A stretch of 56,944 bases of DNA from assembly GCA_018398765.1 (NCBI GenBank), contig JAHBMJ010000099.1, forward strand, positions 1 through 56,944, in the 5' to 3' direction. The notes under the pieces were generated by a model. The model was not told where the DNA came from. It saw only the letters and a program-made list of their open reading frames with translations, and did not search any database. The translations under genes were made by a program, and so were the position numbers. Positions 26,010-38,760 of the stretch are shown one piece after another. How positions within the stretch are numbered: position 1 is the first letter of the stretch; the number at the start of each line of letters is the position of its first letter. The DNA comes from Chromera velia (lineage: Eukaryota).

Positions 26010-29000
26010 ATGTCCACTCTCTCTTTTATATCCGAGTCTCTTCGTCAAATTTCCCTCGAGGAAGTTCTGGTTCTTCTGGATGATGGGTGGTACCTTCTTT
26101 GGAACGTAAGTCTTGCAAACGAAGGAGACTGCCTAATTTTGCTGCTTTGTCTGAACGGATCACCACTTTTCCTATCTTCACCCGGTGCTCGCTTTTCTTT
26201 GCAGCCCTGGTACGCTTGGATCCTGTTTTGTGCTTTCGTCCAAAAACAGTTGTGGAGTCTCTGGGTATGTGCCCATCTTTCACTCGCACACCTAGTCGCA
26301 CCGCTGCCAACAAACCGAAGGTCAGGCAGATGCAATAACAGACAGGGAAAATAAATCCCAATTGATCCCGCCAGGCAGACAGACAGCCAGGGAAGCAGGC
26401 CTTTAGACGCGCAGTGCAAGGGGCAAGGGCAGACACACTTCATTCACTGTAGCTTCTGTCCCAGATGCTGCCGGGTGCCTTTGTTTTGTTTTTTTGCGGA
26501 CACTAAAGCGATACCATCCTCAATCTTCTTTGTGTGATGTTCACGATGGACGCCCCGGCCCATGGACAGTGAACAGAGATGGAGTTTGTGGAAAGAGATA
26601 GCGCAGGAGTTGGAACTCACCGTGATGAAATGCATCGCGCGAAGCGATGAGGGATGCACGTGACGAGAAAGGTAAACTGAATGACAAAACAGCTGTGTAA
26701 ATGCATTCGAAGCTTTACTTCTTGTGCACAGACTTGCATGCAAACATTCATTCCCTTCTGCTCTAGCTGCAGGTTGGGAACCGTTCGGCTGGACCTGCAA
26801 AGTTTCTCTGAGGGCACGCGGACGCCCAAGGGGTCTGCCCTTTTCGTGAGGTCGGTCAGCTTCTTCCTTCCTTCCTGACTATTTCCAACCTTCCTCCTGG
26901 TAGCCTCCCTTCCCCCGGACCATTCTTCACTCCCCATGTGCGCGTGTGTGATGATGTGTGTGGGCCTGTACCTATTTGTGAAAATGAGCGTGTGAGTGCG
27001 GAGCCTTCCTCATGATTGTAGTTTTGTGCTCGTGTTTTTGTGACTTTTGTGGTTTCCGGACCATCCTGATCGGACACTTAGGAGCCAACTGTGCATGCGT
27101 ATCTCGCTTGCGCCCTTTCGTCCTCTGGACGCGTCCCTGGTGGGTCTGGAGAGAGAGATAAATTTAAGGGACGTCGTCGTGATGGTCTTTTTCTCAACGC
27201 GTGTGTTGCTGTTATTCTGCAGGGTGTCTGTGAACGAACAAGTTGTGTACATCTCGGGGCTTTTCGAGGCCTCAAGTCGCAGCAGCAGAAGGGAGATAGA
27301 GAGGGAATCCCAGACAGACTGGAGAGGGGGCCACGCGGAGGCGCACAGGGGCCCCAGTTCTCCCCCCTCTTTCTCCTCAGGGGAGTCGGGCCCTCCTCAT
27401 ACCTTTGCCTTTGGGTGGCACAGAAGGGGAAGGCCGGGGGAGGCAACGCTCCTTCTACCGGTCCACAATCCTTTTGACGAATACAAAATTGAAGTGTGCA
27501 TCCACAGATACATTTGGCCTCTTGCCCTCCCCCCCTTCGTCGCATTCCTCTTGCCTCCCTCTCTGGCCGCCTCATGCTCTGCCCGGGTTGTTGTCAGCGA
27601 GAGGCTGCGAAAGGAGACGGCGACCTTCTTCTTCGACCAAGAGGCCCCACTGGCCCCGCCTCCTGCACGAGAGCGTAAGTCAGTCAGTCAGTCAGTCTGC
27701 GTGTCTCCCTCCGACCCTTCTTTCTGTCTGCTCATTTACCCCCTCACATGACTCACCCACGGGTAGTGCCTGGGTACGGAGAGAAGTAAGAGTGTGTGTG
27801 CGTGTGTGCGTGTGCGTGCGCGTGTGTGTCCGTCCGTAGACGAAAGTCTTCCTTTTTTGCCGGCCATAAGATTTGTCCATGTTTTGATCCTACTCTTATA
27901 TTCATATGATCTGTTCCTCTGTGTGTGTACTCTCAGGTGCTCTCGCCCTCCCCCCGTGTTGGCGCGGCAGGGACAACAAAGAAAGGGAGAAGGAGAGGGA
28001 AAGGCGGCGCGACAAGGAGAGGGACAAACAAGACCAAGGAGGACAGAGAGAGAGATCGAGAGAGAAAAGCAACGAACCAAAAGGAGAAGCCGGAGCAGGC
28101 AAAAAGCCTCCGACTCCCTCTGCCAGCGTCTCACGGATTCCAGGACAAGCTCTTCCGCTTTCTCCGGGGAACAGCGGAGGGATTGGCTTGTCAGAAGAAG
28201 AAAAAAGCGGAGACAAAACCCAGACGGGGCCGAAGGGAGTTGGGGGGAAGGAAGGAACCGCAATTGTGACTTCTTTGTCGCCTCGTGGCTCGGGGGATTC
28301 TGCCATGCATCGGGTCCCTCCCCAGACATCCTCAGAGGATCCCGCATCCCTCACACGGACTCCCGGTTCCCTTCGTTCTCCCGCATCTCCTGCTCAACAG
28401 CACCCGTCCTCCTCTTCCGCTTCCTCCGGGGGTGTGGGGGGAGAGGGAAGGGGAGGTTCGGGTGTGGCTCCTCGTGCTCATCTGAGACTGTGTGCCTCTG
28501 TAGCGATCTGGAAGGGGGATGCGAGTGCGGAGTTTATTCGGCTGGTCAAACGGGCAGAGGCCGAAGAAGAGGAAGCCGAAAGGAGAAGAGCGGCAGGCCC
28601 TGTCGCATGGTGGTGCGTCGGTGGGGATCTGCTTGATTTGCTTGTTTGCTCTAGCTCGATTTGTTTGACCGTTGATTCGCTCTTCGCTCTCCTGCCTGTT
28701 CTTTTTTGTGACTGTGTTTCTCCGGCTGTTTTCGAAACGCATGATAGTCTCGTACATGCAACAAGTCGGATTGCTGTTCGTCTGTTTGGGTCCTTTTACT
28801 TCTTTTCTTTCCCTATTTCTTTCTGTTTCTCTTTCTTCTTTCTTTCGCTCCTTCCTTGTTTTCTTTCTACCTTCCTTCCTTCCTTCCTTCCTTCCTTCCT
28901 GCAGTTTCGACACCCTGGAGGAGGCTGCTGATGGACTCTCTCAATTTGATGCCGAGTGAGTGAGTGAGTGAGTGAGTAAGAGAGTGAGGGAAAGGTTGGA

Positions 29001-29806
29001 AGAACCACTAGTGGCCTTGCTCCTCGTCAGCCTGCCTGCCTGACTGACTCTCTGTCTTCCTGCCCGATGCCTGGGTTGGTGCTTCACTTTTTCTTGCTCT
29101 TCTCGATTTGTAAGGCTGCCAGTCATGCTTGCAAACCAAAACCTCTTCACTTTTGAAAAATCTCCATTCCGCTTCCCCAGAGAAGCGCAGAGAGCCCAGT
29201 CATCAGTCAGCTTTGATGTTTCTCCCGTTCACCTGTCTGAACGAACATGTATGAAGATGGCAGCCTGTCTCTGCATGAACGGCTTGCTTCCCTCCGCGAT
29301 GCGATGTGTTTGCATATGCATGCAGCTGGGTCGGGTTGGGCATTGGCTCCCTTGCCGGTCGCGTTGTTGCGTCCCTCCGTTGGCCCTGTGAGATGGTGGA
29401 GGGACTGGGGGGGCCTCTGATTGTGGCGGGCCTCGGGAGACTGCCGGTCCGTCCGTCTCTTGGCAGTTTTTTCTGTTGTATTCGTCTCATCAGTTCTGTC
29501 GCTGCGTGTGCTGCAGCGCAGCCAGTGCGCGGCTTCTTTACGTGTTGCAGCCATAACATCCCATTTTTGCCTGTCGGTCCAGCCTCCCATGAGATATGGC
29601 AAAGTAAATTCATAGCGGCTCATGAACTTGTACGTACAATCGGGGTGTGCCCGTACAACCCTTTTCTTCTTTCAGTTTTCTTTCGTTGCTGTCGTGGCAG
29701 TCACTGCCGATGCGTGAATGAATCTCGCTCGCTCTGCGACTGCTGCAGGCGGAAACTGCGGCTGTGATCGAAAACATCGGCGCCTTGTGTCGACGGGTAG
29801 GCGTCT

Positions 29807-29843
<37 letters not shown>

Positions 29844-32800
29844 TGTGTGTGAGAGAGAGAGAGAGTGAGTGTGTGTTTGCAAGAGAGAGGGGGCGCGGGG
29901 NGGGGGGGGGGGGGGGGGGGGGGATTGAGAGAACACGGTCTTCGCGCGAATCGGCACACTTCTGTCAATAACTTCAAGAGTCTTTTTTCTTTTTGGAGTC
30001 TTTCGTTTTCGCTCTCGTTTTTCTTGTGCCGTTTGTTTGCGGGTTGAATCTGCGCACTCAAGATTGGTCTTAACGGGTTTCTTCCAGTGAACTGCTGCCT
30101 GTATGCTTGGATGTGCGTGTTTGTCTCTGTGCGAGTATGTGCAGTCGGCCCTGCTGTGGCTGTGGACGGGCGGACTCTATCTGCGTCTGGTAAGCGGGCA
30201 GGGTGCAGGGCCGTTGTTGCCGCCTCGGGGTCGAATGGGCGTTGCCCACCAGTGCTTCTATGCAGAGAAAAAATGAATCAATCCAACTGAACGTTCCGCG
30301 GAAAGGCGGGCCGTGCCTTCTGCCCCTTGTAACGCTAATTTCTGTTTCTCTCTGTCTGTCCCTGGATGTGAGAGCATCGTCAATTAAGCTGCAGGGGGGC
30401 TTCTGTCCGTCTCTTTCTGTTCGTGTTGCATCCATTCGAACGATCTGTCTGCTCATTTCTGCCCTCGCCACCTTTCTCTTTGCAGGCTCTGTTCACTCTC
30501 GAACCTTCGGTCAGTGAGGCAGCAAGGCAGTCCAACCGCTAGATTAGTTTAATGAATCGGTGCGGGGGGCAGCTAGGCTATCGGAAGGCAGCTATCGATA
30601 GTCTTCGTCCCAACCCCGGCTTCGGTCTTCTCTTCTCTTCTCTTCTCTTCTCTTCAATGCCCTCCCTTGTGAAGGGGCGGGAGGGAGGTACGAGGCTGAC
30701 TCTCTCTCTGTCTGCTCTCTCTCGATCGTACCTTTTATTTTCCTCAGGCTTTCCGTGCTCAAAGAGTGACTCACTGTGCGCAAATCGGCTGAAGCATACA
30801 TGCATGAGTGCATCTATCTGCGCGTGTGCGTGCAGGCTCTGTATACGTGCCGTCTCTTGTGCCGTCTGGCTTCCCGTCTCCAAACCGCCAGGTGGAGGGA
30901 GGGGTTCCTCTCTCACTCTCTCGCCTCGCCATCAGAACAGGAGGCTGGAGGGGGAGGGGGAGGAAGAATCGTCTCTCGACGTGGGGGCTGGGGTAGGCGG
31001 AGGGAGAGCCGAGGACTCGCGGCGGCAGGGGGAGGTGGAGGAGACACAGGGAGGACAGTGGAACAGTTGAATCACCGTCAGAAGAGAAACCCCCAATTGT
31101 CTCTCGTCATGGCACAGCCGGGAGGGGGAAGAAACCGTTCACCACAAAGAGACCAACCTCACACACCAGCACCGTCTGTTCTTCGGACTGGTCTAGAAAA
31201 TGGTGGTGCTGACTCTCAGCAGATGGTGTCCCCCCCTGTTCCTGGAAGCACTCAGGGAGCGGGGCGGGGAGAGGGATCTGGAATGGGAGTCAACATCATT
31301 TCAGGAGGGCAGAGGCCCAGAAATCCCTCGCTTGTCTTTTCAGTTGTCGCCGTGAATGCTCTTGCTCCACGCCCACTCTCGCGTCTGTTCTATATCAAGT
31401 CAGTGGTGTCTTTCATGTTTTCTCTGTTCTTCTGGCAACGGAGGTTGTTCCTTTTCTTGGGCATTTTGTGTCAGAGAGCTTTGTGACCCGGGCTTTGTCT
31501 GTGGTTGGAGTCGGAGAGAATTCCGAGGTTGGACATCATAAAGCAAGCTCGCTCTCATCTGTTCTCTTTTATCATGGGCCGAATATTCATTTTCATACCA
31601 TGCGGCAGTGACAAGGCCCTCTTCCCTGCTCATTGATTCACTCCGTCTCCTACCCACCTCCTCCCCGAACCCATCCCGTCCCATCCCCCTTCCTGCTTGC
31701 AGAGTCCAATCTGAATCGGATTTCCAGAGGGCCCAGAGGAGGCAGAGAAGGGAAAGGCAAAGGGGAAGAGACAGAATAAGGAGATTCAGACGAATGGGAG
31801 CACAGACACATTCGTTGGAGGAAAACGTCTATCGATCCCCGCTTTTCATTGAGGGCTCTGGGTTTCCTGACCAGCAGCCGGCTCAGCAAGGGGGGGGGCA
31901 GAGCGGCGGGGGAGACAACCAACCTGCAGGACGGAGGGGGCCCGTTGCTGCTGCCGAGAGGGGCCTGACGTCTGAGTTGCGTCTCCGTCTCCCTCCCGCT
32001 AGCTCTCCCGTCTGGTCCATGCAGCCCAGACAGAGGCAATATCAGAGCGAAGAAAAAGAGAGACAGAGAGACGAAGCACGTTTCCTTTCAAAAAGAGGGG
32101 TTGCGGCAACAACCCGAAAAGATCGAGAAAGAGACCGATCGTCTAGGCGGAGACAATGCACTAGGGAGGGGAGAGAGAGATTGGCACCCCTAGAAAAATG
32201 TCCTGACTGCGATCAACGTCATCCTGTGGGAGGCGTAGCTGAGGACGGGGATGTCGACGCAGACGCAGATGACACCACAGAGACAGATGAATCCTTTTCC
32301 TTCTCTGGCAGAAGGAGGCAGAGGACGTCTCGTTATGTTGAGGAGGAGGAGGAAGAAGAGGAAGAGGATGAAGAGGATTTGTGCTGTGTGCGCTTTGAGA
32401 TACGCACCAGATATCTCCTCACAGGGTGCGATCGCCTTGTTGCGCGTGCCGTTGTGGATGTACGAAGTCTCCCTCTTCCTCTTCTTTTGCAAGGACAAGG
32501 AGGGGGAGGGGGGGAGTCCCAAGCAGAGGGACCAAGTCCAAAAGGTCAGTCAGGTAGTCGGGGTGAGGGAGAAGGGTTGTGATGGGAAGGAAAGGAGGGA
32601 AGGATCCCTCCCTGCTTTCATCTACATTTGTACATACATGCATACAGAGAGCCACGGAAGCCTATGCACACCGCAGCTAATATGCTTACAGACAAGCTGG
32701 CCGACCGGGCAGGAAAATAAACAGCTGTAGCTAGACAGAGCGATGACGAAGGTCAATGGTCTCGCATTCTCTGTTTCTCTTGCTATATATGTCTCTCGTT

Positions 32801-34948
32801 TTCATCCTTTCTCGCGCTGCTCATTTGCTTACGCCTGTGCTGATGAAACAGATGCTCTCTCTTCGTTTTAGACAGGCCTGTGCCTCCACCCTTTCCACGT
32901 TCCTTCGTTCTGTTCCCGTTTGTCCGCCCTCTTCTTCCCCCTGCTGACCCTGTTGTGCGAGATGAAAGAGAAGTGTTTACATAAAGGAGACGAGCTGTGA
33001 GGTGCCAGGAACTGCCCTTTTCGTTCACCTTTCTTCCTCCTCCTTTGATGAGATTGTCAACAAGCCCTCGCTCGACCTGTCTGTCTGCCCCTCCAACCTT
33101 GCAACCTCCTGCCTCTGCTGCCTGCAGTCACTGTGACGTTACCTCTCGAGGATCTATTCCCAGCTGTCTTCACTGCTGAGGAGCCCTCCTTCGTCCTCTG
33201 TTGCTCCCTAGAGGGACAGGCCCTCCAGGGGTCTCTCTCGAATGTGTCCCCCTCAGATACCAAGGCCGAGACCAACAAGTCTCCTCTGCCATTCCGCCTC
33301 TTCTCCCGCTCCGTGCGCCCGCCCCCCCCGATCCAGACTCGTCTCCTCGCACTTCCCCCAGGAGTGAGGAGCCCCAACAGAGACCTCCGCACTCCTACAG
33401 ATTCGGATGTTTCCTTCTCCCGCTTTGCGTCCCAGCCGGCAGGGGGCGAGGGCGATCCTCTGAGTCCGTTGGGAATCCAAACTCAAACTCTAGCGGCAGG
33501 GGGGGTGAGTGGCAGTCTGCCTGGAAGTGCGATCTCGATCCATCACACAGCTGAGAAAGAAAGGAAGAGCGCACTACGGGAAAGACGAGAGAAACGCCGC
33601 CGGGAGAGAGAGGCCGCTATCGAAAAGCGAAGGGCTCTTCTGGGGTGTCAGAGGGCGTTGGAAAGCGTCACTACGGGCTCTGTGAGGGACTGGCTGCTCA
33701 CACAGGGAATTTTGGTTTCCTCCACACTTCTCCTGTCAGTAATTGTTCTCATCTTTACATACATTTGGAGTCACCCGGCTCCTGTCAGAGACGAAAATCT
33801 CTTGTACTTTCATCAGTGCTCTCGTTTTTGCCCTTCCCCCCTTCTCCTGTGTATGTTCGATACGGCAGGCGTCTTCCGCTTCTGGTTTCCCTCCCTGCCT
33901 TTCTCCCGGCAGGCTCAGATTTTCCTCTGTTCATCTACTCGCATTGCCATTAATTCCAATCTAGGCCTTCAGCCAAGACTTACAAGAAATGCTCTGCAAT
34001 TGCGTGAATCAGCAGCATGTCGAGGAACATGGCTAGCATCGTTCTCTGCCGTGATGTGCAAATACGGCCCGGATGACTTTTTTCTCTTTCCTGTTGCATA
34101 CTTGCAGGCTCCTGCCCAGCCCCTTTCTACTTTCCCTGCTTGTCTACGTCTGGGTGGATGTTCTTCTGTGTGTGGGCTGCTTCCTTACCCTCAACCGACC
34201 GTCCCTGTGGGAGTCCAGAGTCGGCAGGGCGCTTCTTGGGAAGGTGGAAGCGGTCAGAAAGTGGTGGAAGAGAGAGGAGGGAGAGGGGGGTGCGTTCCGT
34301 CAGGTCGCACCTCCGCAACCTCAGGTTCTTGCGAGTGCTCCTCTCTTCCTCCGGGGGGTCCTGGCGGGGGAGGGGCGTGAGGGGGGGACGGGGGGGCGCA
34401 ATTGCTCAAGAGATCTTGGGGATTCTGAAAATTTCATGAGGGGTTGGAATTGGTCTAGCGTTGGTTTGGGGGGGTTGGGAGGGAGTTCGAGATCCAAAGA
34501 TGGAGATCGTTTGTCTCGTCGAGAAAGGGAGAGGGAGAAGGCAGCCGAGGCTGCCCAAGAGAGACTCATTGCGGTAGCGCTTCCTCTTTTCGGGTCTGTC
34601 GGAAAAGTTGCAGCAGCGGGGATCCTCGGAGTTCCCTCTCTAGTTCCTACCCCAATTTTGAAAAGGGTCAGTCAGCACGGTGTATGGATCTGCTGCTTCA
34701 TATGATTTATTATCGTTTCTTCCTTCTCTCGAAACCTCCCTTATATTCGCGTGGCATTTATCGCCTTCTGTTGGTTCATTCTTGTTGTTCATCTTCTTCA
34801 CAACGCTTACCGGGACAAGACTTTTCAACGGTCTTCATCAAATGTCCGAGAACTTGGACAAGTGCCCAGCCAGTTGTCTGGGTATGTTTGTCGGTCGCTT
34901 GGTCTTCTGGATACAATCTGCCTCTGTGTCGCTATGTGTACGTGAGTA

Positions 34949-34991
<43 letters not shown>

Positions 34992-35270
34992 GCTGAGAAG
35001 CACCCCCACAGTGCTCTCTGTGTTCTCCACGCTGGAGCTTTCGTCCTTTTGCCCCCCTTTCTGGTGTTCTTCGTTCGGAGTCTCTGTCTTCTCTCCTCTG
35101 TTGCTGCCTGGCAGGGTGGGTATGCCCTCTCTGGTCTGTGGCTCTGGTGGCTTGTCGTGCACTTCAGGGAGGAGAGGGAGAGGGGGGACAGCAGAGAAGG
35201 GAAGTCCTTTGGGGAGGGAGGAAGAGAGACCAAAAGGTGGTCGTCCTCGTCTTGCTCAGCGCATACGTAG
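26010..35270 (+). CDS. Probable multi-C2-domain and transmembrane protein (MCTP-like); model incomplete, could be two genes. Supported exons include 26773-26850, 27082-27674, 27937-28612, 28905-28955, ~30834-31398, 31703-32544, 33128-~33783, ~34108-34667, 34992-35270
   Basis: C2-like strands: ELELTVM...LGTVRLDLQSF; LPVHNPFDEYKIEV; LVFSVVAVNAL...FYIKVQ...SSPVWS...DESFSF...VRFEIRTRYLLTGCDRLVARAVVDVRSL. Several hydrophobic helices near the C-terminus. Many consecutive exon phases agree, but some junctions (26266-26560, 28956-29470, 33783-34108) could not be resolved. Confidence 0.5.
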
Positions 35271-36299
35271 AGAAGAGAAGAGAGAGAGAGAACGAAGGCG
35301 TTTTCTCTGCTCTTGTAAGAACATACTACTATTTAGACAGATTGATTGATGTGTTTTGAGAGAATTAAGCACCGCTCCTGTAGGCGACTGGCTGGTTTTT
35401 TGAAAGAAGTGCCAGGTAGGCATGCCTGCTGTGTCTGGTACAAAGGCAAGATCGATATCGCATTTGGGGTGGGTGGGTGGGGGGGGGCAACGGGAATCTG
35501 CATTGGTTTGTTTGGGAAATTCGAAGGTTATTCGTTGATTCCCTTTTTTAAGTGACCAACCAAGTGGGTGGTCCACTTCGTTTGAGTGAAGGTTCATCAA
35601 TTGATGAGTGAGTGAGTCAGTGAGTGAGTGAGTGAGTGAGTGAGTGGAGAGATCGTTGGAGCGTGCCGGGTTTCTTGCCCTTTTTTAAAGTTTTTCGGCA
35701 ACCTGAGTCGATGGGTGGGTGGAGGGGCGAGTGAGCTGACGAAGACAGCACCACCCCGTGTATAAGATTGTCTCCTGCCAGGTGTGCTTTGGGTTGGAGG
35801 GGAGTGGTTTCTCCATTCTGCCTTCCTTTTTTGAATCGTGATGCACTCGATCCTAGCGGCATGCGCGTGCATGCGCTTCCCTTCTTCCGCGATGGTTTCC
35901 TTAATTATATGCTTCGTCCACCCCTTCGATTCCTTAATTATATGTTGCTCCCTTATACCGCCCCCTTCGATTCCTTCTGACGTGTGTCAGCGGACGACCA
36001 CGAAGGACCCGGTCGACCTTTCCAGCACGTTTACGTACAGCATGTGTGCAAAGATCAGACAGATGCTGTGATGGTCTGTTTTAGTTCCAGTGATGCTGGC
36101 AGAGTTTGAAAGCGTTGGAGCTGGAGAGGGAGGCGACTGGTATCAATGCAGGCGTCCATGTACATGCGGTCCTTCGCAAACAAGGAACTGCAGTGACGCA
36201 GAGATTGTGACACGGTTCTGAACTGTTATTTAAAGAAAACCCTGGAGATCGACTAGGAGATCGAATGTTACACAATGCTGGAGGTAGCCAGAGGAATGG

Positions 36300-37560
36300 T
36301 AAAGGTATGAGACAAATCTCATGTATAATAATTATGTTGTTTGATTTTATGTTGGCTGCTAGGTTGGCTGCTAACTTCAGTGCTAAGCCTCAACGGCTTA
36401 GAATTAAAGTACGTTAATATTAAAAAAAATATCTCGGCTATTATTGGCTATGCAAAAAAATGGAATGAACATACAAATACGTTATATTATACGTATAAAA
36501 ATAATGTGTAAAAATCTAGGTAAAAATAAGTTTCCACTTAATCTAGTACTTAATTTTGATAAAAAGCAATAATTATAAACTTTTGAAACGAAACCCGCTC
36601 TGGCGAGTCAGTGGCGACCTTTTAATTGACTTGAAGAGGCAACTAGAAACTACTAGAAACACTTTGAAAACTTAATAAAATTAGGTACTAGATAGAACTT
36701 AAAATAACAGTGACTATGTGATAGGCACCGTGTGACCGGTCTTAAGAATAACTTTGATAGTTTGAAATAATGGCTCATCTACTAAGTTACATTTTGAAAA
36801 ATAACTTCTTTTAGCTTTTTTGAACAAGTAGTAACTAGAGTAGTAACTGTTATACGCCGAAGTGGCCTAGTATAACCGTTACAAATCGCTGCGCCTTCGG
36901 CGCGCCTGGATAAATAACCGTTATACACCTCAATTAAAGCCGTGCACACTACTGCATAAAACAAGTTTTGAGCTTACCAGTTATTAAAATCTTGTAGTTT
37001 AGATCAGAGACAATTAAGATTAGAGATAATTATGTTCTGCTGCAGAACTCAGTGGGACATAGTGGGACATAAGATCTAATTGTGACTAGAATATTGTGAT
37101 TGAGGAGGAGGGAGAGGGGGGTAGGTAGGAAAAGGGGGGAGAGGACGGAGGAAGAAAGAAAGAAGGGGTCCTAGAGGGAGTTGCTGAAGAGGGGGGGCTA
37201 GAGGGGGGCAGAGGAATGGGAGTGAGGGACGCAGCAGGCAGTATGGCAGCCACAGTTGCTATCAGTAACAGACGCAGAGAGAGAGAGAGAACTTAGAGAA
37301 GAAAATGAAGGAGAGGCGGAGGTAAGTAGACCAAAGGGAAAATTTTTAGGGCGTGCTCAGCCATGCAGTACGATAAGCGCAAAAAGGTCAAAACCTTGCC
37401 CACCAGAGGTTTTTCCTTATAGAAGTTAGGTAAAGTTAACATAACTCTTACTGGAGGCTGTAGGACCTTAACCTTAACTTAGTAACCGTAAATTGGTAAC
37501 CCGGCCGGCTGTAACCAAACTAAAAGAGTTACTCTTAACACCTCACCCTACTATATGACT
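36300..37560. mobile_element. AT-rich degenerate block, probable DNA transposon relic
   Basis: AT/TpA-rich and ORF-poor, with short internal duplications (TTGGCTGCTA x2 ~36352, AGTGGGACAT x2 at 37051) and a GCGCC-TTC-GGCGC hairpin at ~36891. Confidence 0.4.
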
Positions 37561-38760
37561 ACAAATTGAATTGGGGGTGATAATGATGATGATGAAACCG
37601 TTGTTTTGAGAACATCACTGCTTCAAACTTGAGACGACATCCCACAAGAAAGCTTTCTAGAGATTTTTCGTGAAGAAACAGTTTCGCTTGAGCACCGTTT
37701 TCAACGGTTCCTTCTCCACATCTGTCAGACTCAGCCAGCATCTCGCCTGTATATGCCTGTATAACTCCCTCTCCATAAATCAGATTCTACTCCAACTCAA
37801 GAGCTATAGTTAACAGTGACGACTGGCTCTGCTTCCTTGCGTTTGCTTCTCAAAAAGGCAACAGTTTGACTCTCCGTTGCTGACCTATCTCCTTGCCGTC
37901 TCCAGGCCGTCTCCTTGAATCAGTTTGTTGTTGATCGCTTCTGTAATGGTCGCGTGGCCAACGTCCGCACTCTACAATGGAGTGGAACCTCCTTCTCGCC
38001 CTCCCCATAAAGCGATGCCAACACGCCCCCTCCACAAAACAGTGCATCCATGTTCTCCTCCTTGAATTTGAAAGGCGATTCCGTCAACAAAATCCCTGGA
38101 CTCGTCTAGTAGACTCGTCTACTCCACTATGAACGTTGGTTCCTCAAAACCCTTCTCCCCACGCACTCCTCCTGAGGTTCCTTAAGCCTCAGTACACTTC
38201 ATTCACCTTTTTCTTGAAGGACACTTCAGCCAAAACCTGTTTGGGCTTTCAGCTCAGACTGTTCATAAGCTGTTTGACCTTTGTGTACAGGAGGATCTGC
38301 CTTGTTGTGACGGCGTAGATTTTGTTAGGCAAAGGGGCCTGGAGGCAGTTTTTCGTTGTGACATGACGGAGAAGCATGCCAACGATGTCATTGCTGCCCA
38401 GGATGAGCGTTCGCTCTTTTCTATTTGCGAGTATGGAGACGCGTTCCCTTCTTGTAAGGTGCGGCTTCGTGTCTGCGGAGAAACTCACCTTTCTGAATCA
38501 GAGCAGGAAGAATGCAATGTGCAACGTTCCTAGGCAACGTTCTGTGCAGCAGCTCTTCTCTCTGCTTCCTCTTTCTGACCGCGTAAGTCCTCGTCTATGC
38601 TAGTATTCTGTGCAGCAGCTCTTCTCTCTGCTTCCTCCTTCTGACCGCGTGAGTCCTCGTTTAGCTATGCTAGCATTCTGTGCAGCAGCTCTTCTCTTTG
38701 CTTCCTCCTTCTAACCACGTGAGTCCTCGTCTACGCTTCACTGCACAGATGACGACAGTC
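37560..38760 (-). pseudogene. Decayed coding sequence of unknown family
   Basis: Balanced, coding-like composition. Protein-like minus-strand fragments (ORFs 38249..38488, 37850..38047, 37559..37741) are broken by stops. The 66-bp repeat reads DEDSRGQKEEAERRAAAQN, with CAG>TAG in one copy. Confidence 0.4.
38540..38740. repeat. Three tandem ~66-bp repeats (38540-38605; 38606-38675 with a 4-bp insertion; 38676-38740)
   Basis: Unit TTCTGTGCAGCAGCTCTTCTCTCTGCTTCCTCCTTCTGACCGCGTGAGTCCTCGTCTATGCTAGCA aligned by eye. Confidence 0.92.

Noticed and set aside
29895..29923. Poly-G run containing an N
   Set aside because: Likely a sequencing/assembly uncertainty in a homopolymer.
38540..38740. 66-bp repeats as a CRISPR array
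   Set aside because: The whole unit is repeated with no spacer-like unique segments.
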